From: Lama glama | Lineage: Eukaryota | DNA length: 64,000 bases | Assembly (NCBI GenBank): GCA_028534125.1 | Contig: CM052816.1 | Location: forward strand, 75,022,001-75,086,000 | Direction: 5' to 3' | Part shown: in pieces, positions 27,671-44,444 of the stretch | Position numbering within the stretch: position 1 is the first letter of the stretch | Layout of the letters: each line of letters begins with the position of its first letter | Made by a program: the position numbers and the translations under genes | The notes under the pieces: generated by a model | Databases searched by the model: none | What the model saw: the letters and a program-made list of their open reading frames with translations, nothing else | What the model was told of the DNA's origin: nothing

Positions 27671-30529
27671 CTACTGGTTGGAACACTTCTTGAAAGATTA
27701 ATAAATTGCCTGTTTTTGTTTCCCTATAGAATATATAGTGGGCTCATTTGTGCTCTGAATCTGAGCCATTGCTGAGTTTGATATTTGATTTCTTATATTT
27801 GTCCATGTATCCAAGAGCTACATTATTGGTCCTGTGTGCTGACTTTTATAAGAAAATAAAAGTTTCATTCTTTCAAGAAGTTACTGCATGTGTGACCATG
27901 TATAGATAAAAACAATACTTCACTTACATGTGGGAAATGGATGATGAGCTAGAAATCCATCCTAACTGCACACTGAGTCAAGTTCATAGCTGACAAAATC
28001 TACAGATTAACACCTTCAGAGTTCCTTGGGAATATAGTAAAAAACATGACTGTTCAGTGCACAGATGATAAGGATCTGCTACATGAGACAGTGATTATTG
28101 TAGACCATCTCACAGTTTAGTTGGTGAGGTAGTACTAACCTGAAATTAGAAGTTGTGGGTGCTAAATGTAATGATAAAGTAATTACTGTGGGATCCTAGT
28201 GGTGGTTATTTTGCGTGGTTTGTGGCTCTAACCCCACAGCCCCCCTTTCTATTTCTTGGCTTTGTTTCTTTGGGTATTTATGTCGGTATTTATGTGTGGT
28301 GAATTGTGAAGGAAGGATAGGACTGCAGGCATTTTACACTTTTCCTCTTGGCTCACACGTCCAAGGACATTTGGGTGGGGATGGACCAAAATGGGGTGTG
28401 GAGACACACCCTCCATGGAACCAGGGGCCTCAAGGAAAAAAATGGAATTGGATGTCTTTTCGTTTGATTTCTTTAATTCCTATTTGTACCTGTATGTTTG
28501 CTTTTGTGAAATTAGGATCATATTTTATATTCTTTTTTGCATTACATAAAACATTAAGAATGTTTTTGGAGGTCACTAAATATTTCCAAAAAGAGGATAT
28601 TTTAATAGTTATACTGAAATTTATATTAACAACTCTATTGTTGGACTTTCATGTTGTTTTCCATTGCTATTTTTAATAGTGCTTTAGTGGATATCTTTAT
28701 TTCTGTGCATGTCTGATTATTTGATGAAATTCCTAGAAGTGGATTTTTTGACTTTGTGCATCAGCATTTTACAAGCTTTTGATAAACATTGCTAAATTGT
28801 TCTCTAGGAAAGTAATTTCAATTATAATCCCATAATGATGTATAGAAGTTTCATTCTGAAGTATTCTTGACAACATGGATATTATACTTAATTTTTTTTT
28901 TTGATAATTTGCTGGGTGAAAAAAGCTGTCCTATGGCTTTAATTTGCATATCTTTGATGACAAGGGAAATTGAATATTTATTGGCTGTTTGTATTTCTTT
29001 TGTGATTTTGTGTGTTACATAAGTATTGCTATCATTGTGTGAATGGGAATGTCTCCAGCATTTCATGTGTTCTTGACTCTCCCACTTAGATGATGAGTGG
29101 TATAAGAGGGAGGAGGGCATGCACAATTGTGGTTGACATGTGAACTCTGGAGTTAGGCTGTCTGGATTTGAACCCAGCTTCCTGGGGGATCCTCCAGCTG
29201 CTGGACCCCAGGCAAGAGCTTGATTGGCTATTTGGCTAGTAGGGTTTAAAATGAAGAGCATCTTGACTTTGAGGCAGTAACCTGGTTATGGAAGTAAAGA
29301 TGGATGAGGCTCAGAGAGAAAGTAACTGGCTGGCAGCTGTACCCCCAGAACACATTCCTAAAATGAGGTGTGAGTCAAGTGCTCTGTTGATTCACTGTTT
29401 TGAGACAGCTTTCTAAAACTTACAATCATGATTCCCACAGAATCATCTCATTGCAAACGAGGACATATATCCTGTTGAAAAAAGAAAGGAGAAGAAAGGG
29501 CCAGAGGGTATTTCTAACATAATCTAATGGTTTGGGAATCTTTACCTGTGTTATTCTCTCCTGAGAGGTTATTGAATAATAAGGCACAGCGTGACTGACA
29601 GAAGCTGAGGAGTGCACTCTTGCAAACTGTCTTACTGCAAAGAAAGGGCAAAGATTCCATTTACTGATTTTGCATTCTCCTTTTATTTTATCTAATGACT
29701 TTAGACCTACTTACCGATTTATTCCATGTTGGTGTTAACAATTTAGCTTGTGATTGTAAAGTCACTCCGATTAAAATAATAGTGGCTTTCCTCACTCCTT
29801 CCAGAGACCTTATAAGAAATGTATTTTTTTTTTCACTTCAAATATAGATCTAGACTGCAACACTGAAGTGATAATTAGGGCTTATGCAAGATTGTTTCAC
29901 TTTAAAAATTAGCTGCTTTTTATTTTTAAGGATTTACTTTCTGAATCTTTTTGGTTCAAGATTATAGCTGAAAAAAGAAGGCATTTTAAAGTCATAGCTT
30001 ACATAAATGATTTGAGTGCGAAATGTGTGAGAGGAAAAATGAAAAACATTACTCATTGACCCCTTTTGTGTTTCTGGTTACATTTCTTATAAATGCATTT
30101 CTGCATGTATCATTATTGTAGTTTGAACATGTAACATATGTTGGCCTCCTAAAATTAGAGTATTTTCAAATTTCCCAGTGACCTTTTACTAGGCACTTAG
30201 AAAATCCAGGTGCACAACCAAAAATTAGTAAAAGTGAGAGAATGTAATTGCCAAGGTTTTAGAAATTTTTTTCTGGCGAGAAGCCACTATAATCAAAAAA
30301 AACTGCCCTAGCAACACTGGTTAAGACGAATTCTCTTCAGAGTTCTTTCAGGTATGGAGGAAAGAAATCACATTGCTTTTTTGTGCAGGTTAGCTATTGC
30401 TATTTCTGATAACTCTTCCAAAATTGGTTCCTCGTTCTATAAAATAAAAATTTCACACTTCTTTCTGCCACTCCTGTTCCCACCTACTCGAAGTCCTTTC
30501 ACAGGTGCCATCTCTCCACATTCCTCCAA

Positions 30530-30810
30530 AGATCACATCCTTCCCTGACTCCTGGCCTTTGCCCTGGCCATTCTTGCTGCCAGGAATGCCCTCCCCATTC
30601 TTCTCTTTGTGGCTCATTTTCTACCTTCTCACTGAAGCTCTCCATCTATTTTAGCGTTTATTACCATGTTATATTGCGATTAGCTGTTCACCTATGTCCT
30701 CTGTTAGACTGTGAGCACCTCGTGGGACCTTGTCCTACTCATCTCTGTATCCCCAGCACCTGGCACAATGCCTGGGCTGCAGTAGGTGCTCATTAAATGA
30801 TGTTTGAATC
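30530..30810 (+). mobile_element. L2 3' end
   Basis: tagactgtgagcacc...tgtatccccagcacctggcacaatgcctgg...agtaggtgctca. Confidence 0.7.
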
Positions 30811-31810
30811 ACCTAGCCGGCAGGTGACATTATGAACATCAATTTGCAGGCTTAGCACTGTTGTGCCCATTCTAGTTGATGGACATTATCCTGCTGTCAT
30901 CTAAGAAAGTAAAAGACACCTTATGTTCAGTGGTTCTTCCTGATGGCTTTGTATTTGAGGACTTTGTTGGGCCCTGCTTTGAGAGACTTAGTAATCTGTG
31001 ATTCCCTTCCTTATTACCGTGACTGGCTTCCTCTGACTTCTCTGGGGTCATTTTATCTCAAGGTGCGTCTTTTAATGCTAGCTAAAATAGATGGTGTGTC
31101 TCATTCAGTAGGCTTTTTATTGCTCAGCTAAAGGAGAACAAGCCATATGGTTGTTAACTAGATATATAAAGGATTATAAATTAGTGGCAAATAAACTGGC
31201 CTTTTAAACGCAACAGCCTGGTTAGTCAGGAGAGAATTGGCATAGCAAATACACAAGCATAGAGGAGTATTGAAGGTTTACTAAGTGGCATGGAATTAAA
31301 ACCATGTGTTGCATTTAACAAAGTGCACGCAGTAAAAGGGGATTGATCTTGTACGCAACAACCCAGAGTAACGAGAAAGATGCTGCAGACATTAATGTCT
31401 GTGCTTTAATGTCTTCTTGTGGAACAATCCAGTAACTGATGTAGACTGACAACATGCAAGGCCTGGAAAGAATAGTAGGCATCATTTAATGTTCAGTTTT
31501 TACATTTTAGAGATGAAATGACCTTAACGTGGTTCACATGAGAACACAGAACTAGATGATGGTACAGCTAGAACTCAGAATCTATGTCTTTTGACCCCAA
31601 AATTCAGTTCTCTGTGTCATATTCTGTTATCTCCTTGTTTTTTAAGGATAGGAGAAGTCAGTGAAGTATATGGCTTTAGAATCATGTGGACAAAGATCTC
31701 TCACAAACTATAGACAGCAGTCAATTACTGTTTTCTATCAACCAGAGCCTTCTTTGGAGGGGAGAACTTCTGTCTAAAAGATCAGGGTACTTCTTTTAAT
31801 TGTCATTCTT

Positions 31811-31959
31811 TTTAAAATTTTTAAAATTTTTTTATGTTTTGAGAGGGAGATAATTAAGTTTACTTATTTATTTATTTTTAGGGAAGTACTGGGGATTGAA
31901 CCCAGGACCTTGTGTGTGCTAAGCATGTGCTCTACCACTTCAACTGTACCCTCCCCACC
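31811..31959 (-). mobile_element. tRNA-derived SINE, same family
   Basis: Reverse complement of the 6125 element; perfect 15-bp TSD TTAATTGTCATTCTT at 31796-31810 and 31960-31974. Confidence 0.9.
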
Positions 31960-34900
31960 TTAATTGTCATTCTTAACTTTTTGAATACGTTGTTTAATTT
32001 TGAGGATGAGCTATGTGTGCTGAGAAGACCTTTCAGATTTGGGACTTTGACCAGCTTTATTCACTGTAGGTTCTAGTCACTGCTGTGAATGATAACCTCA
32101 GAGTTAGGACTGACCCTGGTTATTTAGTGATGGGTAGAGGTTGAGATTAAATTTGTTGGAAAAAACTGAATCCAAGTGATGCCAGCCGTAAAACTGATTG
32201 TATGTCTCTGCCAGTTGTCCTAGGGGAAGAGTCATTTGATCTTAGTGCTAAAATCACAGTTGAGAATGTGATGAATATGTTTGAATGTCTTTAGGACTTA
32301 AAGGTCTAGTTTGGGAAATTGAACTACGGAGAGAGGAAAGAGGCTATTTTGTTTCGAAATATATTTATTTTTGCATCTAATGACTACTTTATTACACTAA
32401 ACCAGGGAAATCAAACATGGCATTTTAATTTTCTTAATGAAATAAATAGGATTCAACTTTGCTTACTGCTACCTAGTAATGAAAACATATTGAAAACATT
32501 TAGAAGATTAAATGAAAAATAAAGCTCTTATTCAAAGCTGCACATGCTAAACGATTTTAAATTTAGGAATTGAGTCATTCACAAACTGAATTCGAGTTAC
32601 AATCCCTGTTGGATTAAGCAGCTATTTATCTGTGTTCTGGAAATGCTAGGATTTAACCCAATTCTCCTTTGCAGTTTCTGTGTTAAATACTGTGTGCTTG
32701 CATTATAAAAAGTCCCAAATTGATGAAACAGTCTTAAAGAGTAGCCTTTTAAAGTTTTACTTGACATCACAAATAGGCAGTTTTTCTGTGACTTTAAAAC
32801 CCAACACAAACTTACTTTCTCTCCCTGGTTTTCCATAACTCTCTTCATTGAAAAATGTCCCTAGTTTAATTCTGTTAATTATATCATGTCTCTCTCTTTT
32901 TCTTGGAGTGTGTAATAATGGTATAATTTTTTTCTTACTATTATAGATAAGGCTGGTGCTTTGAATGAACGTGTTAGAAGTATTTTAATTCTTACGGGTA
33001 GAGGTACTCATTTTAATTTCTTCTTTGGATTTGCTAATAAGATTTTCTCTTAGAAAAAGATATGACAAATAAAATTGGATAAAATAATACTGCCTGCATG
33101 TTAGTAAATCACATGCTTAGTGAAGACTGGCATTTTTAGTTACATGAAAAGTATTAGGCAAGATACCATCATGGACTAGACTGTTTGGTATTAGAGTCAG
33201 TGGAAGTAAAAATAATACTTACCATAAACTCCTTTTAGATTTGGTTTTTAAAAACAGTTTTTTCACATTATAAAAATTACTGGGATAGTTCATGAAGCAA
33301 GTAATATTCCTACTTTTTTGAGGTCAATCTGTCCTATTAATTTTGCTGCTAGTCATAGTTTTAATAAACTGTCTTATCTTAGGCAAAGCTTTTCTTCTAA
33401 TGAGTTCAGATTGCTTCATCCATTTGCCTTCTCACCTCCTGTTTTTAAATGAGACGTTGTAGGGAGGAAGGGCTGTTTCTGTTTTGTAATGAGGGGCACT
33501 AGGTTTAAGGTGATTATCATCAGCTCTGAGGTTGGGCAGCAAGTGGAGAAAAGAAGATTCTTTTGGTGATCTGAGGATATCTCTGTCACACAATCTTTTT
33601 GCTGGTGGTTAGCTAAACCCTTTTATTTCCTAGAAAAAAAATTAGTAGGCTGAGTGTTATTTTACAATATTAAGTTTGATCTCTGCTGAATTTCATTCAG
33701 TTAATTGGCTCATTTTATTTTCCTTACTGGTAGAGACCAAGCTTTCTATTTTCATTATATCAACTATTCTTTCCTATCTTGTATCATTCTCCAGTTTGAT
33801 AAATGTTTTTATCCACTTTGTTCCAGCGATGCTATAAAGTAGCTTGCAAGACACAGAAAATATACAAGATAACGTCAATTAAAAGTAGGGCTATAAGGAG
33901 AAAGAAAAGCAATGGTGGGGCTTTAAAATGGAGCTGGGACTGGATTAAAGTTTATATACTATAATGGCAAACATAAGATGTCAAATAAGAATTACTCATT
34001 TCTGTAGTTTGATAGTACAAATAATTTAAAGGAAACTAGTGATCAGGTGAATTACACCTCTTCTTGCTAATAAAACTAGACAGAATTTTATCTTAGGCAC
34101 CCTGTTTTAGTTGTAAGAAAGAACTCTCTTGATTGCAAGAAAGGGAAACTGACTCTTTATAACTGTGGTATAAAGATGCAGGCTTGTTCCAGGGATGTAC
34201 TATTCTTGAAGCATTAAAAGAGTGGCTGGCCTCCTTGATCATTGTTTTTCTCACCCAAACTTTTGCAATCTTAAGGATTTTATACGTCACAAATATTCTT
34301 GTGTGTGAACAGATATTATAGCTTTCATCACATTTTTTAAAGAAGTATGTGTTTCCCCCAAAGTTAAAAACCACAGCATCGGAGACCTCTAAGACCTTGT
34401 CAGGCCATTGGGTACTTGTTATCTCCCTCTCTGTGCAGGTTCCCTATTTTCTTCATTGTTGTATTTAGTATGTGCTTAATTCATATTTGTTGATTTAAAG
34501 TGAATGAAACCAAGTCACATTTCCCCACTATGTCTATAAAACTCTTGTGTGAGGGGCTTGGTCAGGTGCTTTGTGATATCACACAATGCTTTTCTCCTGG
34601 CTCCCCAGTGTGCTAGCTGGATCTGCACATTAATGAAGTTCATTTGGAATGGCTTGGTTTGGGGTGAAACTTGTACTGGTGTCTGACGGTATTCTTTTCT
34701 GTTTATGACCTTATAGACCATCTGTTTAATAATCCATTTTAGAACACTGTTGCGAATTAAGCCGCATTTTGAAAAGGTGTATCTATGCCTCTCCATCTAC
34801 TGACATCTCTACCGTTTTTCACTTGACTGTAATTCTGTGACTATATTTTCAGGCCCTTTAAGAATCCTGGGATATAATTTTTGTGGATCTGCAGCCTAGA

Positions 34901-37194
34901 ATTCTTTCAGAGAACCTAGATATTTCTTCTTGAAATTCAATTCTTCTTTAGCCATATTAGTTCTGCCCTTTCCCTGATGGGGGAATCAAGAGGAAAGTGG
35001 AATTGAACTCCTGTGCTTTTTTCTGTGTTCAGTCTCCAGCCATCATGATGATCATGTCTGAACTCTCCCCATCAGCAGCAACAACAAAATCGCCCCAGAA
35101 ACCACTCTTTCATCATCTTCAGCATTTGGACATAACTCATTCCAATTTTGTACCTTTTGACCTATCTCTTAAGGTGACCTCTTTCATGTGACTTCCATTT
35201 GTCCTAGGTAATGCGTGTTTCTCTTTTGTATGGGCCCTTCTTAAATATGAGGAAACACATAACTATAATAACTATGTTATTGTGTTTTTTGTTTGCCGTT
35301 CTCTCATCATCAAGATGATCCGTTTCATATTGTCAGAGTAGGGGTGTTGAGAGCCTCACATCCCTCGTAAGCCCTTCTGCCGTTTAGTTTTGGACTACTT
35401 GATCCTGCTTTTTTTTTTCTCTCAACTTTTTGAAACCTGCTTTCCTTCAAAGACCAGAATACATTTCTACGTATGCCTGGGATTCAATTCCTGGTCTATT
35501 ATAAATTCCAATTTTACCTTGTCACTTTCTCTCAGGGTTTCCATCATTTCTGCTTTACCAAGAAGTTTATCCTTATTGGTTAGCTGTCCAAAATCATGGT
35601 TTCTCTCACTCTTTCATTCTTAAAAATTGAAACTTGTCAGAAGACAATACAGAATTTATCAGCAGAATATGATGAACAGAAGATGTTCAGATAATTAGTG
35701 TCATGACATCACCATCTTATATCACTATTTTGTTTCCAAGTCAGGTTTGTCATTTCTGTTAAAAATATACCATCTACATCTTTAGTTTGATGAGCACTGT
35801 GATAATATGGCCATTAGTGTGATACCCTCTCTCCCTTTAAAGTCACTTTAAATATATTCTACCACATCTCATCGCTAGGTCAGCAGCTTCCCAGGCAAGT
35901 GCATATTTTCTTGACATAGCTTGTTTTTTTGCCAGCTTCTTTTCACTGGACACTAGACAGTGTCCATTAGCATGAGACCCAGTCTGCCAGGTTTCAATAA
36001 TGACTATTCAGTCATCTTTACAACCATGTTTAAGGTTGCAGATCATGAATAGTCATTCATCCTTTCAGTCTTTGTCCATTTCTATAGAGATGTCTAAGAC
36101 CCTATGTATTTGTTCTTGGCCCTTTTAGCTTTCATGCCATTTTCTCCCTTATTTTCGTACTAGTCACATCACCCCTTAGTATGAAGCTTACAAAGATTGT
36201 GCACCTTCTTGCTCCTTTGAATTTTCTTTTTCTTTTTCTTTTTCTGCTCCTTTGGATTTTGGGAAGGATGCCCTGAATGCTGACCCCCCTTTTGCTCTGC
36301 ATTCCCTCTTCCTCTTATCCATTCTTAGAGTTAAATTAGTACCTGGAGCACCCCTGCAACTACCTTGTAACTTCTGTTGCTGTTCTCTGCCTCTTCTATT
36401 TTTCTGGTTTTCCAAGATTTCTTTCTTTGTTTCTTTCTTTCCCCCTAATTTGGGGTTACTTAGTGGTTTTTTTAAATAATGATTCTAGCCATTATTGCTT
36501 GTTGTTTGCTTTTTAAAATTGCTTGATAAAAGACGAATATTCATTCTAAACCTTTTTGAAGGTTAAAATGACTCAGGATGAAAAAAATCTGCAGTGTGAG
36601 TCCTCCCCTTCCTCCCACCACAACCCTCTGGGTCACTTGGCAAGGTTTGCAGGTGTGCAGCTTTTCCCACTAACCACCTCCACGTCGGGCCCATTTTTGG
36701 GGCTATGACCATTGAGGTTGTCACTGAAATAAAATAAAAAATAAGAAGGTTGTTGTCCTGCTGCGCCTCTGTTACTTTACCTGAGATATAAATAATGTTT
36801 GCCGAGTGAAAACAAAAACCTTGCCACCTGAGGATGAATTCCTAGCTTTCTCTGAGCTTTAAAATAAAACTTTTCAGAATTACCAAGTTGGAAGGGGGCA
36901 GGACGGAGAAAGCAACCTTTTAAAACAAAGTTCAGATCAATGATAATTAACATTTCCTAGCCTCTATTTTCTTGCTAATGACTGAAGACAAGTACTAATT
37001 AGAGAAGCCTCAAGTGTCTCGGTTTCTCCATGCACCAGATGGTGCTGCGTTAGAACTATGCACAGTGCCAGGGAGAAGCCTGGGTTGCTCTTAGCTACCA
37101 CCTCTTCTCCATCTTCATCTTGTCTGAGGACACTGAAGCATGCCCAGTGCTTTGCACTGAGGCTTTTTCTTTGTTCTTTTTTCTCTACCTTACT

Positions 37195-37244
37195 CATTTC
37201 TGATTTCAGGAGGTTCATTTCTGATTTCAGGAGGTACATTTCTG
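37195..37244. repeat. 21-bp tandem duplication, 2.4 copies
   Basis: CATTTCTGATTTCAGGAGGTT-CATTTCTGATTTCAGGAGGTA-CATTTCTG. Confidence 0.9.
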
Positions 37245-40200
37245 CCATGCTTAGTGAGTGCTCTCGTGAGCTTGTAGTTTTACCTCTTCCTGAACAAACT
37301 CATTTTATTCATCTTTTTTTTTTTCCGAATTTCCTTTGACTCTTCTGTTATTGCCTGATCTCACCAGACTTCCCACCCCCATTGGTTCTTTTTTACTGTT
37401 CTCTCTCAAGATCACACAAAACCAGCACAGAAGTCTTCAGTCCCTTCAGCAGCTAGCATTAAGATAGTTCTGCCTCTTCAGTTTTTTTTTTTTTTAATAA
37501 ACTGTTTTCACAGATTGTCTGAAAACATATGTTTTCTTCTTTTGGCTTGTACTTCAAATATTTTCTTCCTTTATGATTAACTCTGCTAACCAACTCTGAG
37601 AAAGCTTTGATTCTTATATAGAAATCTTCAGTTCTGTTGAGTGTTGATATTGTTTTGACAAATGCTGCCCATGCATTTTCTTCAATATGAAAACCATTGT
37701 ATTAGGATGACAAAGCCTGGAACTGATTACATTTAACCAGATCCTCGCTTTTCATCAGAGCGGTTTTACTAGGACACATTCTTTCACTCCATTTGTTGTG
37801 AAAGTCATGATGTAATTGCCCTTGGTAAAGAAAGTTTGCTTATTTTGGTAGTTTTTTTTTTTTTCGTTAAAACTTTCTTTGGTGGAATCAGAAGGAAATA
37901 GCGATTGGGTCCTGTCGGCATTTTTGGCTTAAGTGAGAGGTATTACTCTGTTTTCTTCTCCATTATGCTCCTTACCCCTGCTGAAGGGTAGAGGCAGGGA
38001 GACCAATTGGGAAGCTGCTGCAATAATTCAAGCAAGAGATAGGAGGGCCTGAGCTTTTGAAGTAGCATTAGGCATGGAGATAATTTGCATCACCTTCAAA
38101 AACATAAACCAAAAGGGTTTCCTTGATTTATTTCATAGTGTTGTAAGTGCTCTTAGAGTTTAAAACCACAGTTTTTCTTAAGTCTCTGTTTTCTTTTTAA
38201 CATGTTCTTTCAGTACATGTCTAACTAATCAAGGAATTTATCACATACCCTTATGTATCTCCTAGCTTTTAAAACTGTCTACTTGCTGTCTATTGCATTT
38301 TTAAAAAAACAAGTAGGTTTTTCACCCTTTGATTATAAAAGTAAAGTTAAACAAAAATAACTTGTATTATCACCCAGAGATAATAATTATTAACATTTCA
38401 GTGTTAATTTCTGTTGTTTTTTGTTTTTTGTAGATATGGAAATAATTGTTTGAGCCAAAGAGCATATTTGTGAATAATCATCTATACAAAATCTTGTGTT
38501 TTTATGAAACATTATGAATTGTCATTAAATATTATGAGAGCATAATGTTGGTTTGTCACGTGGATGCACCCTATATATTTTACAATTATCCTATTGTTGA
38601 TCCTCGAGGTTGTTTCCAGTTCTTTATTAGGTTAACAAATGCTGTGGCCAATATTTTCATGAATGATAAATCTTCACATATGTGCTCAGGATGATGGCTT
38701 CATATATATCCTTAGAGTAATATATCCTCAGGATAAAATTTTGAAGTTGAGAACTTCTTTGAAGGCTTGAATTAAATCAATGTGAAGATGTGAATTAACT
38801 CAAATGGCTGAAATTTCCAGCTGGTTGAAGAGTCAGAAGTGGTGCTTAGCTGCTTTGCACTTCCTACGTGCACCCCCTGTTTACCTGGTCACCACCTTGG
38901 TTACAATGCCCTAGAAGAGAAGAGAATCACTGTGCAGGATGCCAGGTAACCTGATGACTATGTAAAAAGTAAGGGCTGTGCTCCTGATATATCAGAGCAT
39001 AGGGCAGTTTGGAGGAGAAGATACAGAGGATAGTGATGGGGAGTCTCCTGCCTCCTCTTAATTCATTCTTAGATGAGTGTAGATTTGCATCTCTATCCAC
39101 TGTTTCAACTTGGATGCCCACATATTTACAGACTCTTGGAGTTTTTGTTTGATTTTTGTTAAGATCCTTCCGTTTGTCAAAGAAGATAGCTTTTATCTAC
39201 CATGTCCTATTCTTTTTCAGATATATATATCTGAATATATGTATATTCTTTTTGCACAATAATGAAAATGGCTCTTGCAATCCTGTTATTCTTTCCATGT
39301 AGGAGGAGTGTGGTGTGGGTATACATGGTAGAATAACATAAAGAGGGCTACTTAACCTCAAAAACTTCTGGAGAATTCACTTATTAGTTAAGGAGACAAG
39401 TTTTATACAACTTTCCTTGTACAAGTCAGTTCATTTAAGCAAATAGTCCTGAGATTTGGCTGTGGCATCTATTAAGTTGAGTACTCTCAATCTTCAAAAT
39501 AATGTTTTTCTTGGCACAGAAAGATAATTTCTTGATTCCAGCAATGTTGAGCTTAATTTTTCTTGATCCTTGTTATTATGAGCGTTTTTTTTTTAATGTT
39601 GGTATTGAAAAAACAGTTTCTTTTGTCCTTTTGAAAAATGAATTCTAAAATAGGAGACTAACTTGAGGCACCCCATATTGCTATAAAATGCCCCTTTTGC
39701 TCTGCGAATGACTTTAATTCTAATTATTAGAATTGTGAGTTATTAGTTGATATTTCCTTTTTCAGATTTCCATATTGAAATTAGTGATCTATCTTAAAAT
39801 GAAATTATTTCAGCAATTGCAGTTCTATCACGATCCTAGGAAGCTAATGACAGTAATAATTAAAAATGGTTACAAATCACATTTGTCTCTATATTTAAAA
39901 AGCAATTGACCAAGCAGATGTTGTTACAGATTTTTGTCTTTGATATGATAAATTCCTCATTAATTTTGAAAATCTGGATTTAAGGCATGTGCTTTCAAGT
40001 TTTGCATAGTTGAGCTGCAATTTGTGAAGGTTTGAGCAGCTGTACTGACAAACCGTTTGACAAATTTGTAACAGAGGCTGTTTTAAGCAAAGTTTTAGAG
40101 CTTTGTGTTCTGTATTTTATATTCAGACACATGTATTTGAATTTCTTCTTTTTTCATGGGTCTAGAAGTTTGTGTGTGTGTATTTATTCTTTTTGATGTA

Positions 40201-40354
40201 TACGTATATTTGTATGTGTATATGTGTGTATTTCACAGTGTATATCCAACCTAAGTTGGAGGTAAAAATGCATATACTTCACCTTTTTTTTAACTAAAAA
40301 ATATTCAATTTAAGCTCTCACTATTTAATTAAAAATTTTTTTCTCTTTGCCTAG

Positions 40355-40462
40355 GTTGAAGAAATTGTGGATATTGGATCATTTGCCCCAGAAGACATTC
40401 ATATTCCTAAGATCTATGTACATCGCCTTATAAAAGGAGAAAAATATGAGAAAAGAATTGAG
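40355..40462 (+). CDS. OXCT1: OXCT1 exon 8 (108 nt): [36 protein letters not shown]
   Basis: ttctctttgcctag acceptor, GAG|gtaatt donor; follows a 28.2-kb intron. Confidence 0.97.
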
Positions 40463-41750
40463 GTAATTGACTTAGCTTATTTGTCAGTTTTTATGGGTCT
40501 GACTATCAGAGATGTGTCCCTGGGGCCATTCCAGAAGATAAGGAGTGAGAGCCGAACAGAAGTTTTGCTTTGAATCTTAATAGGAGCTTCTCCTGTGTCT
40601 GTCTTGAGGGGACATGATCATCTCTGTTATTGTCCAGCTCAACGGTGCCTTGTGTTTACAAAGTGTCTATCACTAAGTTACGTGATTTTTTAGGCTGTGT
40701 CTTCCAGGCTTCTGTAACCATCCTAATTTCTGATACACCGTTTTGGCTGGCTGTCCTACAGGGTAGAGAAGGATAATCAGGTATTTGATGACTTTATCCC
40801 TGCTGGACTGTTAGTGTTTGAGTGTCCGGAACTGTCTATCTGTCTTGTAGTCGTTGCACATTGCATAGAGTTCAGGAAGAACATAGTTTCCCATGAGTGC
40901 TGGGTTGTGGGCAGCTGGTGGGTATGTGAGATCGTGGCAGGGAGAGGGTACCAGGAGCATTGGCGGTATTCTAAGGCTGCTGAAAGTGGGAAGACCAGCT
41001 GGGCCAGCATTAATATCAAGACTGAGAAGTGTCTAGAGATCAGCAACAGAATAGACATGCAGTAAGAGATATGAGGGATTCAGAGATACCCTCTACCTGT
41101 GGACATCAAACAGAAAGACATTCTGCAATCTAAAACTAATGTCAGGGTCCAAGGAGGGAAAAATGGGACACTTGCAAACAGGAACCAGACTCTGTTAAGG
41201 AGATTTAGTAAGGGAAATAGTTTTCTGGCTGGTTTCTGGATATTTTTATGATTCCTGTGATGCACTTACAGCAAAACCAGTCTCGACTCTGCAGGTGGAA
41301 ATAGGCAATTGGCAGCAGTAATACCCAGTAAACACATTCTGACAGCCCCACAAAAACAGAGTCCCAAGGTCTATTCGTTTTTCCTTTGTTCTGGCTCAAT
41401 CCCTGGGCACCTGAGGAGAATTCAGTTGCAGGAGGTTTACGAGTACTAGTGGTAGCACTCAGTGTGACAGTAACAGAGGGATTATTTGCTTCAAAGAGAC
41501 AGAACAAGTATAACTTCCTCTTCAAACAAAGCTGACCTCTTTCACTTACTTTCTGAAGAATTATTTCTGTCATCAAATGTCATCCATGTGATTCTTTAGA
41601 AAAAAAAAAACTTCTGTTATATTGCAGATTTGCCTCATACTAGTAATGGGAGAGAGTTAAATTTTTCTCCGATCTAATTTTGTATTTCAGCAGTGATAAA
41701 ATACAAGGTATACCTCAACCATGAATAATTTATTTCTGTTTATTTTAAAG

Positions 41751-41865
41751 CGTATATCAATCCGGAAAGAGGAAGATGTAAAAACCAAATCTGTTAAACC
41801 TGGAGATAATGTAAGGGAACGTATCATCAAGCGGGCAGCTCTTGAATTTGAGGACGGCATGTATG
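41751..41865 (+). CDS. OXCT1: OXCT1 exon 9 (115 nt): [38 protein letters not shown] (inter-domain linker and start of C-domain)
   Basis: ttattttaaag acceptor, ATG|gtatccttt donor (U12-type). Confidence 0.96.

Positions 41866-44444
<2,579 letters not shown>

Noticed and set aside
31386..31401. Perfect 16-bp palindrome CAGACATTAATGTCTG
   Set aside because: About one is expected by chance in 64 kb (64000/4^8)
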